Position numbers and translations under genes: made by a program | Notes under the pieces: model-generated | What the model was told of the DNA's origin: nothing | Seen by the model: the letters and a program-made list of their open reading frames with translations, nothing else | The model's database searches: none | Assembly (NCBI GenBank): GCA_000708835.1 | Contig: DF237120.1 | Coordinates: 1 to 64,000, forward strand | Source: Klebsormidium nitens | Lineage: Eukaryota > Plantae > Klebsormidiophyceae | Direction: 5' to 3' | Length of the DNA: 64,000 nucleotides | In this document: positions 36,501-49,600 of the stretch, one piece after another | Layout: every line of letters begins with the position of its first letter | Position numbering within the stretch: position 1 is the stretch's first letter

Positions 36501-39500
36501 CCAAACTTCCTCAAAAACAACGTCTCGCACGTTTCACTCAGCAGGACTGCTTGAAAGAATGCGAATCTCTATACAAACTTTCAAGCCGTTGCTGGCTTTC
36601 TCTGAAAGAATTCGTTTCCTGCTTCAGCCAGTCAACTAGCTGACGTCACGCTCTTTTCCACAGGTCGCCAGTTTCCGGCAAGTTCCCACAGCTTCATCAC
36701 CGGAGCCTCCCTCTCCCCCCCCCAAAAACCCACTATTCCCAAGACCCCCAAAACGCCCAAAACGCCCAAAACGCCCCGCGCCTCGAGCAGCGTCGCCAGC
36801 AGCGCTTCCAGTCGGAGCGTCGTTTCGTCCCGGGGGGGTTTCCAGCCCCCTGTTTTGACCCTCCCCTCCGCGGCGCGCTCTCCGTGGGGGGGCTCTTTGC
36901 TGCCCTACCCGGCCCCCCCTTCCTCCGCCCGTTCCCCCATTCTAGTTCCGGGCACCCCCCATTCAATCTCCAGTACTCGCTTCGCCTCCGCTTTTGGCGG
37001 AGACTCCGTGAGAAACTCACTGCAAGAAGACGACAAAGGGAGCGTCTTTTCGCTCGCGCGCAGCCAGCTGTCGAATCCGCTCTACGAAGCCTCCGTGGGG
37101 GGGCGGAAAAACCCGCTTTACGAGGGGGAAGGAGACGGGCCGAAGCCGGGGGATCCCCATCTGTTCTCGTTCGAGGAGCTCGCGGCCGCGTCCGAGAATT
37201 TCAGCGCTGAGCGGCTGCTGGGCGGCTCAGGGTTTGGGAGGGTTTACCTGTGCGCGGTCGGGGGGCGGAGCCTGGTGGTCAAGCGGCTGAACGATTTGCA
37301 GGTGCGCGCTTGGGTTTACCATTGCGAACACTTTGAGCATACAAAACAAACCTGGTTCGTACCGCGGCAAGCACACTGAGGGTACTTTCGAAGCACTGAA
37401 TCTGCAAGGTTGCAAGCTGATCTGCGGTCTTCTAAGTAAACGAACCTGGTCCGCGCTCTGCGATGCTGATGTTCAACTTACATGTCGCAAATACTCAATT
37501 GCATATGACGGTCAGGTGACTGCTCGTTTCGCAGGTGTAACTGGCTGCGCGACCAGGCTCATCGGAATCCAAACGCATGTGTCCGTTCTCCGTAATCGAA
37601 CATGCGAAGAACGGATTGATTGCCCAACTAAAAGAGCATACAGCCTTCTTTTCATAGACGCGCAGGTACTGCACGAGATTTGCAACTAGTAGTCTAAAGA
37701 GCATTTTAGAATAATCTCAACGGGATTTTTCATTGGTTGAAAAAGGATAACAATCGGTCCTGAGCGGATTCCACTGGTCTAAGTGGGCTTTTTTGACTGG
37801 TTCAACCCGAATCTCAACCCGTCCAAAAGATGTTTTTTAGTCGTTCCTAATAGTCCCCGTACTCTTCCGTTCGCAGACTCTCGGTGCGCTAAACAGGGGA
37901 CCCCTGCACGACCGGTTTGAACCGGAGGTGGGTCTGATGGCCCGGTTGAACCACCCCCACGTGATGCGCTTGGTCGGGTACTGCAACGAGGGCTCGGAGC
38001 GCTGCCTCGTCTCGCCCTACATGCTCAACAAGTGTCTGCACGAGAGACTGCACGGAAGTGAGTAGTTTTTGCTTTCACCGGAAGTGAGTCGTTTCTGCTT
38101 ACACGGCAGTGCGTTTGTTGGGTACTGAAACGAGGGAACCGAGCGGTGCCTTTTCTCGCCCTACATGCTCAACAAGTGCCTGCACGAGAGACTGCACGGA
38201 AGTGAGGGTGGTTTTTGCTTCTCAGTTTCATGATCTCTTTGAATGGCTTTCAAGATATTGCGTTTTAATGATTCGTCGAACGAGAGACTAGAGGGACTCC
38301 CGGCTTTTAGCAATGACCCGGACCGTTTAAGCTCGGGTCCTGCCTTTTGAAATAGTATCGTCTAAAACCAACGGAGAGCTCTACGTTGACTATCGGCCGG
38401 AAAGTCGGCCCATATGGCTCTCATAAAGCGGTGGATCTCCTTCGAGTGCTTGTTTTCTACCGGCCACAATAGAGTCGCTGTTCGTTCAAGTCCTCATCTT
38501 GCCTTCTAAACCCACTCCTTTCGCACCAGGGATCAATCCACAAACGGACGGGAAGTACAAAACCTGGGGGATTACTACTATTAGTTAGCATTCTGACTTG
38601 GGTAGTAACTACCAATATGTCGATCAGATCACTCATTGCTTACACCGTATTTCGTACAGGCAGCTTCTTCCGCATGTGCCTCGACTGGGAGCAGCGCCTG
38701 CGGATCGCGGCGCAGGCCGCGGGCGCCCTGGCGTATTTACACCAGTACGGCATCGTCCACCGCAACTTTTGCTCCAGCAACGTGCTGCTCGATGTGAATA
38801 TGCGCGCGGTGGTTTCCGATTTCGGCCTCGCGCGGCTGAGCGTCGGTGGGGGGTCGGTCGCCGAGGAGGTGACGTCACTGCTCGTGGGCGCGAGCGGCTA
38901 CATGGCGCCAGAGTGAGTGCTCTTGACGACTCTGCGCGCTTCGTTCACTTTCGTTTCTGCTTTGTCCGTTAGTTTGTCGTTCTTTGTTTGTCCTCTCTTT
39001 CTTAATTGTATTTTTCTAGGTTTCTCTAATGTCCTTGTCCTGTGTCCGTGCTTGGTCTTTCTTCCGTTGTCCGTTCTTTCTTCTCTGTATCTTTCTAGTT
39101 TTCTCTAATGCCCTTGTCCTGTGTCGCTTTATGATTCGTCAGGATTTTTCCTGCGGAATCTACTTCTTTTGGGTGTTCTTCATGATTGGAGTATGCACCA
39201 AGACACCAAAAAGTAACAGTTTCCTGTGGACTTCGTAAAAGAGAAAAGACTTGGATGTGTCACCAGCAGCCAGGTTTCATTACGATCAGGAGAATATCTG
39301 GGTTTTCCCCATCGAGTTTTAGGGAACCAGATACAGAAGGCCCTCTTTACACAGCTAAATGCAGACAATTCTCCTATCCACAGGTACGGCAAGCGCCAGG
39401 GTGACGTCACCGAGAAGGCTGACGTGTACAGCTTCGGGGTGGTGCTGCTGGAGCTGATGACGGGCCGCCGCGCGCTGTCGTCAGAAGGCGAGCCGCTCGC

Positions 39501-41345
39501 GCACTGGGCCGCCAGGTGCATTCCCCAGGGGCGCGCGCGCGTAGACAGTCTCATCGACCCGCAGCTCAAGGTGAGGGGAAAAACCAGAGCCAAAATGGAC
39601 TGAACGGATGACCGGAACGTAATCTTACTGATGAGCCGAAGTGAGCAGTCTTATCGACAGGTAACTCAAGGTGATGGGGGAAAAGAGAGCGGAAACGGAA
39701 TGAACGGATGATCGGAACGTATTAAGAGTGAGAAGCCAAAAGCCGCGCGTCCATGGATGTTTCCATTGATCCGCAACTCAAGGTGGGGGGGATCCTGCTA
39801 TCTGGAAAGAGGCAAAACCGGTACGCTCTCTGCCCTTTGAGGCGAAGGCGTTTTGATAAAGAGGGTGGTATTTGTTGGAAATTGAAGTAAGATTGATCCG
39901 ACGATAACTCCGGCCGGGACGGCCTGTTTGGCAGTTGCAAGGCTACGAGATCTCGCGCAAAGACCAAGGTTTCAAAGGCAAACCCATGAAGAGAGAAACA
40001 GCGAGATTCCAAACTTCGGGGAATTAGTGCTCCTGAAAGTGAGATCTGATCAAACATGACGACTGAGAGGCAACTGCGTTCTCGGATACACTCCACCCGC
40101 AGCGAGCCTACAGCGTTTTTCGAACCGCTCTTGATCGAGAATAAATGAAAATTCCCGCCCGTGCTCACGCAAGCCATTCCCGCGCGCGCAGGGCACGTGG
40201 CCGTCGCTGGCTTTCTTCTGGACGGCGGAGCTGGCGGGGGCGTGCATCGACGCGCGGCCGGACGCGCGACCCAACATGGCCGACGTGGCGCAAGCGCTCA
40301 GCTTCATTTTGCAGGTACGCGCGCGTGGGCCGGGGTCTAAAAACTTAGACCTTAACTGTATGAAGCACTAGGTCCCTGACATCCAGGCGCGATCGTCAAG
40401 TTTCAGTGCCCTAAACCTCCGTAGCGGATTGAATTGAGTTCAGATGTCGTTTTTTGCGCCGGCTAGCGAAGATGCTCCTCGGAGCCGGACACAGTGCTGG
40501 TTAACTGACTCAAGTACTCTACTCGATTCCACCTAGATTTTCGAGAGGAAGCAGGACAACCCCTTCGACCTCAAGAAAGTTTGCCAGCAAAGGAAGGACC
40601 ATTGCCGCTTGTGTGACTTGGTTATTGATAGAAAGGGACGATTGAGGCTGAGCTGCAGGTGGCGTTCAGAGGAAAATAATTGGGATCGGAGGGCTTGAGA
40701 AACTCTAAAGCATGAGAGAGCGGCTTCGATCCGGACAGCTCAGCGCCCCGAGGGGAACCGACCACAGCTCGATCGAAACCCGAAGACAAAATTTTACCGG
40801 GTTCGAAAAGGAAACGTTCGAAACAGACAACGTCTAACAGTGAAACAAGACCAATTTTAGGGTTGATAGACCTACGATGAACAGATCTCACGAAGATCAA
40901 CACGTTCCGTTCCGTTTCCGTGCAGCACGCCGCGACCCGCCGGCCTCCTCCGACCGGAGAGAAGGAGGAGCCGCGCCACGTCCGTGGCTCGGGCGGCGCA
41001 TCCGAGGCATCCGCACTGCCGAAACGCGACTGGATTAGCCCGGGGAATACCGAACCGAACACTCCGATCAGCGAGGGATCCCCCCGGAGCAAATCCCCGG
41101 GGGGCGATGATAACTCCCCTCGGAGTCAGGACGACTCCCCCCGGAGCGCTTTCCCGGGCAGCGAGGGATCCCTCCTGAGCGTTTCGCTGGAAAGCGACGG
41201 ATCCCCCCGGAGCAACTCCCCGGGTAGCGAGGGAATGGAAAGAGCGCTCCTGGCCCGGGGGATCCCCCGGCCGGGGCGCCTGGCGATCACAATGGATGCG
41301 ATTGATTTGAACAGGAACCGGGCTGCGAAACCTGGGAGAGCTTGA
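30553..41345 (+). CDS. LRR receptor-like pseudokinase (signal peptide, LRRNT, about 8 LRRs, Pro-rich and Cys-rich EGF-like segment, TM, HRN kinase-like domain, SPRS-repeat tail); 15 exons
   Basis: Exons 30553-30634, 31671-31815, 32248-32386, 32899-33047, 33508-33651, 34158-34229, 34614-34685, 35331-35647, 35933-36157, 36664-37301, 37877-38057, 38660-38912, 39384-39570, 40192-40314 and 40926-41345 join in one frame. Motifs: WNGTDPCGSAWLGVQC; LxxLDLSxNxLxGxIP; TM ILVAVLAACFGLGLSAVAFCCVLA; FSFEELAAAS..LLGGSGFGRVY; VVKRL; IVHRNFCSSNVLL; SDFGLARL; GYMAPEY; KADVYSFGVVLLELMTGRR; RPNMADV. Confidence 0.93.
33617..34007 (+). repeat. Tandem triplication (about 160 bp) of an LRR exon 3' end plus donor and intron start
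   Basis: gagacgctcggccagatga..caa.tgcaagc.ct|gtaagttg..gacaaggcctc starts at 33617 (real exon), 33781 and 33940. Confidence 0.92.
34284..34378. repeat. Intronic minisatellite (cccttatgta core, unit about 11-12 bp)
   Basis: About 7 degenerate copies of cccttat(g/a)ta(g/c). Confidence 0.85.
38945..39135. repeat. Pyrimidine-rich intronic tandem duplication
   Basis: gt(a)t(t/c)tttctag(g/t)tt(t)ctctaatg(t/c)ccttgtcctgtgtc occurs at about 39008 and 39087, amid related ttgtcc motifs. Confidence 0.65.
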
Positions 41346-43008
41346 TTGACAAGAATGGCACAGCTGAAAACTGGTCACTTACCTGTTTTCCGGATTGGGC
41401 GTGAGCTGAGGGGAGGAAGTGGTACGGAATGGAGTAAATTCAGGGAGCGCCAGACTTAAACTCCTACGTATATTATATCAGATTACGATGTTTGCTGACT
41501 GATCGAATGGGATCTTAGGTGTGTAAACACGGGCCTAATCTGGAACGGGCCCGCTTTTCCTTCGACATCTGCTGGAAAGGGCGAGGAGAAGCCTTCCTCG
41601 CTTGCATAGTATGAGGGGCTGACATTGACAAGTCCTCAATCTCCGTCTTTGTCGGGAAGCTGTTACCTGAAAGCTACTTGGTGTGCCAAGAGAAAAGGCT
41701 TGGACGCATCAGACGGAGTGGTCAAGTTAGCCTCAGAAGTAAGGTTGATTGTTTCTTCGGCCTCTGCATGTAAAGGCAAACCAGTGTCCGGAATTATGCT
41801 ACATATTGTTTGACGGTTGATAAGCGGACAGTATCTGAGCAGGGCTTATAAAAGGGATGACGAGTGAATTGGGTGACGATAAAATGAAAAGGAGAAGTGA
41901 TCATTTGCTACACATCGTACGGTCAGTAGGATTCTCATTTGGGCTGCGATGACTATTATTGGTCAGTATGTACTATAGTATACTAGTTTGTAACGAACCC
42001 TGGAGACCGCTTGACATGAACTGGATTTTCCGGCTTTGGGGAAGTAGCTAAAGCGCACTCTTTCTTCGATATCAAGTTCGTTTCAACCAGAGGGCGGCAG
42101 ATGAAGTAGTCGGAATCATTGCAACATTAATAAAATCATGCCATTTTGTAAGTACCAGCCTCTCCACAGGAAGAATGCGAATGCTACTTACTGAGGCTGG
42201 ATTAGTAAACTTGAGAACGGTTCTTTATAAGACCCGAGCTATGACCACCTTAGTAACACTTTCGTATGTCCCTGCTCGAGTCCTGTCATTGGTTGCATAA
42301 CCACCTTCAATCTGCCCAAAACCGACCACGTCTACTCTCCATGCAAAAATATTCTGTAAGGCGCGGCCCCACTGAGTCAGCTCGAGCTCCGCGCTTATTA
42401 TTTTGTAGATCTTCACACGAAGTTGCGACCCGATAAGTGCATCGACGACTTTCATGCAGGCTCCAAATGTCAGCATATGCGTCAGCATGGACGAAAATTC
42501 GTCACGATCAGATGCTACGTGGTGGCGGCAGGACTGACGTTCACGAATCTCAGTTCATATAACCGGTCATAAAGGGCTGCCCACGTTTATCAGAACAATC
42601 AAACAATAGCCGACGTGACGTGCGTTCAGCCCCCGTTCAGCCGGAGCCGATTTTGGTTTATCTTCATGATTCCAGAACAAGTCGAAGTGTGGCAAAGAAT
42701 GTAGAATTAGGATCGAAGCGAGAACAATGGAGTAGCACGATCACGGGACGATCACCTTGGGCCTTATGCCGCGCGCTGCTGGCCCAGCCCTCAGGTGTGC
42801 GCATAACGTACATGCGTGCAGTGCGCGCAAGAGCGGGAGCCAGCGCACGTGCGCGCGGACGGTGACTCCGTAAACAGGCTCTGTAGGCAATTCAATCGCG
42901 CGCGGATGAGCTATCATAGCTAGCGCCTCCGGCCGCCGGTAGCGGCCGCCCAAGTGGCATGCAGCGACGGTGGCCGGCGCGCGCGCGGGGTTTGATGCGA
43001 CGGCGGCA

Positions 43009-43085
43009 AGGGTTTAGGCCGGCGCTTTCGGAAGTTGCATGGCAAGCCAATCGGAAGTGATACGAATATAAACCTTTTAGGGTTT
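43009..43085. promoter_or_regulatory. Telo-box-like motifs and a TATA-like sequence upstream of the amidohydrolase
   Basis: agggtttagg at 43009-43018, tataaa at about 43067 and tagggttt (reverse AAACCCTA) at 43078-43085, about 550 bp upstream of the ATG at 43637. Confidence 0.3.
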
Positions 43086-43636
43086 TCAACTTCAAGCCAA
43101 GACAAATGAAGAAAGCGCCAATCTGCCGCATCACACTGACAGCTCTTGTTGCGCAATGCGTAAATTGAGTGAGCTAACTGCAAGCAAAGCAAGACAGGAG
43201 AACGGCGTCAGCAATTGGTGTTGGAACTCGGAACACTCCAGGTAGAAAGCAGCCTGAATGCAATGATCTTTAACCTACCCGCCAGCCATTTGACTTCGTC
43301 AGCTCGGTGTTTGCTTGATCGGGCAGCTTCCCAGCCTCTTTGAAGCCACTAGAAGTTGCACGCACGGGACTATACTTGTCCAGTAGGGGGGATGGGGGAC
43401 GCAAATATGATCCTATAGCCAGCAACCTGTGGGTCGGATGCAGCGGTCAACCTGGGCGAAGCAATTGCAACACAAAAGAAAGGCGCACTGCATTTGCTGA
43501 GCAAGGCGGCATTGCCTCCCATCAATTGCAATTAGGTTATTTTGCAACTCTGCAACAAATGTGGCCAATTGCATACTTTTGACACTGTCAGAAGGCGCGA
43601 TCAGTCTTACAGATCTCTGGCTGATTGAGAGTGTCA

Positions 43637-46600
43637 ATGGACCCTTCTGGGAGCTCCGGCAAGCCGCGGCCAGTGCCAGCGGGCTCCACATTGTACAAGG
43701 TGAGGACAAGCAAACTTTCCCCCATACTCAATTCTCTTAGAGGGCCTTTTCCACCAGCCAACACACAGCGGGGGCCAGGATTTCATTATAGCTAGTGATT
43801 TCTTGATGATCAGAAGTTTTGAATTGGATCTGGGGGACAAAGGCAAGTGCCGTGGCTTCTGATCTGAGCCACACTGTGATTACAATGAAGACTGAACTTC
43901 ACACCTTGAAGAACTTCAGCACCGCCGCAGATTCTGCATTAGTCACCAGGGGCAGGTGCTCGGCTGACATTAGCGTTGGCGCAATGGGGAATGAACGTCA
44001 ATTGTATGCTCTTCTTCGTGGACCTCTCCATAGTGGTCCCAACCATAGGAGCAAGAGCTCAACTTGCAGAAAAGTCACATCAAACATAGAACTTTTGGCT
44101 TTATCAAAGGGCCCAGAAGAAATGCCTCATACATTCTGTACTCAAGAAAGAAGGGACTCTAAGAAAGGCAGATGGCCCTTATCTTGCTTCTAGTACAGCC
44201 CTCCTTAAATGTCTGAATATGGATTCCCGCTTCTTGTGGCTTATTCTGCATTAAAGTATAACGTGTCCTAGTCTCGTCCCTTGGTGGTGAATTGCTCAAT
44301 TTTTCTCGACTAGCACGTGAGGTAATCAGCCGCTGCCCTCCTCTTTCTCAACTGAGTTCCGACATAGTTCCAGCCAGTTTAGGTCAGCCTTTCCTCTTGC
44401 GGTTCCTGCAAGGTGTGGCCAAATTTTTGACAGTAACTGGCCTCACACCCTCCAGGGCACCTTCCAACAAGGCAGTATAGAGTGTAGTAAAGCTGCCCTC
44501 TTCCGTGGCATACGCCGTAAACAGTAACGTAGACATAGACAGTCAATGTTGCACAAAAGGTACAACCTGTGACTCACGTAGTTTCTCACATTTGGACACT
44601 GACTTTTGGCTGCTTCCTGTGTTTGAATCTCTCATCTTTCATCATCATTCCTTTTACAGAACATTGGCACACTGCACACCCTCAACAGCACTCTCAGTGA
44701 AATCAAGGACGGAGCAATCTTTGTCAAAGGAAACGTTATCCAATGGGTGGGGAAGACAAAGGACTTGCCGGCGGAATTCTCGACCGCCGACGATGTCATC
44801 AGACTGGAGAACCGCGTGGTTATCCCGGGTATGGTTAACACTCACCATCACATGGTCCAGTCTCTAACTAGGTGTGTGGCTCAGGTGAGTTAACTTCGAA
44901 AACTTTAACCCCCACCTAGCGCCGTTTCCTTGTTCCTTTCACTTCCTGCTTTTCTGTCTATTTCACTGATTAAGTAATACTCACCCAGGTTCCCTCCCCT
45001 TCTCAAATTGATCTCAATGTAAGGCCCTTCAGGCGTGCAATGGAGAATCCAACTTCTTTTTCAGTAACCTGAGCTCTGAGCTTTCTTGTCCAGTTAGCGG
45101 AACTCTTAAAGATTAAGATTCACTCAAACAAATGCAATCAGTGATGCCCCGTAACACTGCTAGACAAATGAAGCAAAGTCTGGTTTCAGAAAATACAATT
45201 CAATTGTGGAGGTCACAATCCAAAATTGTGTGAGCCAGGGTTTGCAATCATTCTAAAGTTCTCAAGTGTTTCCACGCTTTGACCCCTTGTTTCCTTTTTC
45301 AGGTACAAGCGCTGTAGAGAAGTGCATTGGGCACAACTTTGCAAGGCTCACGGGCTTGACATGATGGATCATAAGAGCTCAAAGCTTCTCTTTCTATCTG
45401 TTTCTGTGCAGGACTCGAAATTGTTTGGGTGGCTCACTTCTCTTTACCCAGCCTGGGGCAACCTGTCGGTAAGTGCCTTTAGTATCTGCCCGGACCTCCT
45501 TATATTTCATCGAGTTCGTCGCTTGATTCGACCACAATCTCAAAATAGGGATTGACGTCGAATCGCAGTTCTGCCACATGACTTCAGGACAATCATCAAC
45601 CGTGGATAATCTTGTGCGAAAAAATATCTACACGAAGCTGTCCCAATATGCTTGGTTTCGAAAAGGGAAACGGGAACGGAAGCGTAATCTCTTTGGCTGG
45701 ATTTGGACGGCTGCAAGGCGTTTGATGCTGCTAGGCGAAGCCGAAATGAGCAACAAACGTCTCGTATCAAAATAACGTTCTCTGGTCAATGATGCGAAAG
45801 GCAGAGAAAGCAGATGCGTCGGAAGAGGCAATTCGGCTCTTGTGATTCGTGCCTTGGTACAAGCGAAATAACAATCTGCAAGCAACTCAAATGGTGTGAA
45901 TGGCCACTTTTGCAGGGTTACGACGTGTACATTGCGACCAAGCTCGCCATGGCGGAGCTTATTCTCACCGGCTGCACTACCACGTCCGATCATCTCTACA
46001 TCTACCCCAACGATGTCAAGCTGGAGGACTGCATCAAAGCGTCCCGGTGAGAGTGCGCTCCTTTCCTTTTTCCGCCTGTCTTTATCCTTCTTCCCCCTGT
46101 GTTTACCTTGGGGTTACGCTGTTATCTTCCACACTTTGTTTCGAGTCATTCGGGAGCTGCATCATTTCTTTCTTGATGGCGTCGACCAGCTTCGTTGAGG
46201 ATTGGATAAAGAGATAGCCCTTCCACTGTAAGCAGGCCATACAACGGTCACGATTTTCTTCTGCATCTATTGGCCTCGTCCGATTTTGGTCCTTGTTTGA
46301 CCGTGCTTCTGCTTCTGCTTCTGTTTGACCGTGCTCTGATTCATACCTCCGTGCTTTGGCTTGCTTTCATCCCAGCACTGAGACGCCTTCTCAAGCAAAG
46401 TTTGAGAATACGCATTCCAATATAGGGAGCGAAGTAAGCATTGATTCTACAAGACGAGATGATGGTACAGGGAGATAGGGGCGCGCTTCCATCTTATTAG
46501 GGGGGCAGTAACGGTGTCTACAGAAAGGACTCTGACTGAAACAGTCGTAGAAGGAACTTCAAATTCAATCTGACAACGCACTTCTTTCTGCAGAAACATC

Positions 46601-49600
46601 GGAATGCAACATCATCCTATCAAGGGGATAATCAAGCTGTCTACAGAAACGACTTCGACTAAAAAACTTGTAGAAGGAAGCTTGCATCGAAACTGACAAC
46701 AAACTTATTTTTGCAGAGAGATCGGAATGCGATTCCATCCTACCAGGGGGGCAATGACGCTGGGCCAGAGCAAGGGCGGGCTCCCCCCCGACAACGTGTG
46801 CGAAGAAGAAGACGCTGCACTTGCGACGATGAAGCAACTGATCGAAGACTTCCACGACAATTCGAAGTACGGGCTTATTTCCAATAGTTGAACTTTCAGT
46901 TCCTTCCCCTTCGTCTGGTCTGTCTTGTTGCGAATTGCGATATAACAAGGAAAGAGCCGTAACTTGCTGGTTATCCGGACCCTTTGATTTACATGCATAT
47001 GGGTGTGGCGCCCTTTTATCCTGATCAAACCACGAACGCGTCAGACGTTTGATTTTGTCCAAGCTGATTCGCAACATTGGTTTGGCAAACCGTGGGTGCT
47101 TTCCGCTTTCCGTCGGGAGTAAGTGAAATTTTTGCAGGCCGCAATTCAGACCAGGGCTGCCTAACCACGTTGATCAAAGTCACACATTGGTGACGGATAT
47201 TGAAAGCATTAGGCTGGATCTTAATAGCGCCCCGACGGCCTTTATAAGAGGAGACGAGAGTTTGGCGACTGGAAGCAGCGGCTTCAGTAACTGCGTTCTC
47301 GCATTTCCCACTGGTGGGGTTCTGCTCATCCGTTTCAGATCCTCGTGTCGCGGTTCGAGGCGCCTTGCTTTTCGTTCACACGCTACAAGAGCCTCGTCGT
47401 TACTGCAGCCAAGCAGTCTCATTACGTTTTTCTGCTGGGTACTCCATGCTACGGATGGTCCCGGCGCCCCGCTTTTCATTTACAGTCGACAAGAGGCGCT
47501 AGACTAGCTCGAAGTAGGTTCCGCTGGATTCCGTTCCGGTCTCATTCCGGTTACGTTCTTCTGCCAGGTACTCCATGCTGCGGATGGGCCTGGCGCCCTG
47601 CTCTCCTTCTACCGTCGACAACAGCCTCATGATTGCAGCGGCCAAGCTGGCCCGACAGTACTTTCCGCTCGATTCCGCTTCCGGTCTCATTCGGGTTCCG
47701 TTCTTCTCTCAGGTACTCCATGCTGCGGATGGGCCTGGCGCCTTGCTCTCCGTTCACCGTTGACAACAGCCTCATGATTGCAGCGGCCAAGCTGGCGCGG
47801 CAATACGAAGGGGTGCGGTTGCACACCCACTTGGCAGAGAACCAGGTGCGTCTTTGGAGTACCTCGTCGCCCCTTTGATCGAAGTCTTGGCGGCTTCGTG
47901 CTCCCTTCTTGAGAAATCCGTCCGATGTTCTGGATATATCTTTCAGCTGATCGCGCATCAACTTGTGCCGTCCGCATTGTCTCCGTCGACCGTTCGGGTC
48001 GGGCACTCTGTAATCACACCTCTGACCTTGGGTGGAATAATCTCTAACCGATTTGGACAAGTGTTTGGTCAAGTATTAGCGTGTGTACGTTTCCGCTGAG
48101 TCAACTGTCTCCAGACCGTCTTTGTATAGCGTCGGTGTTGTAACTCGTCCTATGCTTGGAAAGAGTGGCTCTGCTTAAAACAAGTTCCTGTCGCTTGCTA
48201 GCTTGTGATATGTGCTTCCAACGTATCTCCATTGGACAGGGACGATTTTCTAGAGGGATTCGGGACAACTTTCCCTACTGTGCACAGAAACGTCAGCAGC
48301 TCTGTAGAGCAGCCTCTGCACTCGACACTGAACCTGCGAGTCGTCAATTCTTATTGCAGCAAAGTGCTGTGCTAATGCTTCGTCTTCAAATCTTGTAGGA
48401 AGACATCGACTTCAGCATAAAGACGTACGGATGCCGGCCCGGCAAGTACATCACGTGAGTCTTCGTTCCGTTTAATCTGACCCACAACCTTCCTTTTTGC
48501 CGGACTTTGTGAAGCCATTTGCAGTTCTTGCGGGTGCAGGCCGGTGAGAGTGCGGAGTCAGGATCTTGAAGCTAACACTTTCATCAGGTGTTGGTTTTCG
48601 CGAGTGGAGCCTAGTTGGAGGCGAAATTGCCAAAATCTGACTGAGTAGATTCTCATATCTTCAAGGCGGGCATCTCGCCCCGTGGCGGTCCCTGCCAAGA
48701 CACAGTCCTAGAGATCAAACTGAAGACCAATTCGGAAGCCAAGATAACAATAAGAGGTCCGACTAAAACCAAAACAAACATAGGGAAGTACCTGATCCGC
48801 ACCCCTACCCACCTAACCCCCAGACTAACCCCACCCGTCCCAGTGCGGTCACCTTATTGTTAACTCAGCTTGTTATCAACTTTGTTGACCTCGATGTCCT
48901 GGAGTTGACTGAGCGTCACTGCGATCTTAGTAGCCCGTTCCTTTTTGAGCGACCTTACAAAGCTAGGGGCACCGATCCCCTTCCGCCCCTGACAAAGAGG
49001 CGTGTGCTTGTGTCAAATTGTCAGTTGACGTCCATCGCTCGCCGTTCTACTTGCTCAGGATTCCAAGCTGCGTTTTTGTTTTCAGGACCTTCAGCGTTTC
49101 AGGATCTTAGCTACTCGGCACCATTCCGCATGAAAAGGGCGGCTTGTTAGTAGCTTCGTTCCCGGAAACGGCCGGTGTCAGACATGTGATTATCTCTCAG
49201 TAATACGGAACCCGATTTTCAGAGTGTTCTGACGCTGCTACTTTGTTGCCCCATCTTTCCGTAGCTTTACCGTCGTTCCCTCATACAGTCTCGCCGTTCA
49301 CTTCCCTCTCCGGTGACAATGGAGCCTCTGGCCAAACACGCCCCTCTACTGAGCCCCTGATCCCCACAAGTTGCCTGTACAAAACCGTTTCGCCGGCTTG
49401 TATGCTCGGTTCTGTTTTGCGCAAAACTATGGAGAGTCCCGACAGTGCCAGTGACGTCCGATCGCAACGGTGTAGACCGTGCGACGCAGTCAGTCGTCAG
49501 GATTGGTTGAGAAATGAGTAATAACGAAAAGACGACAGAAAAACTCTATGCAAAGGAATGCGAATGTTGTCGCCCCTCCGTGCAGTGACGTCGGCTGGGA

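Noticed and set aside
36733-37210. Alternative-frame and antisense ORFs in RLK exon 10
   Set aside because: They are explained by the single verified reading frame of 36664-37301.
42225-42488. 87-aa minus-strand intergenic ORF
   Set aside because: It has no recognisable homology or splice signals linking it to a gene.
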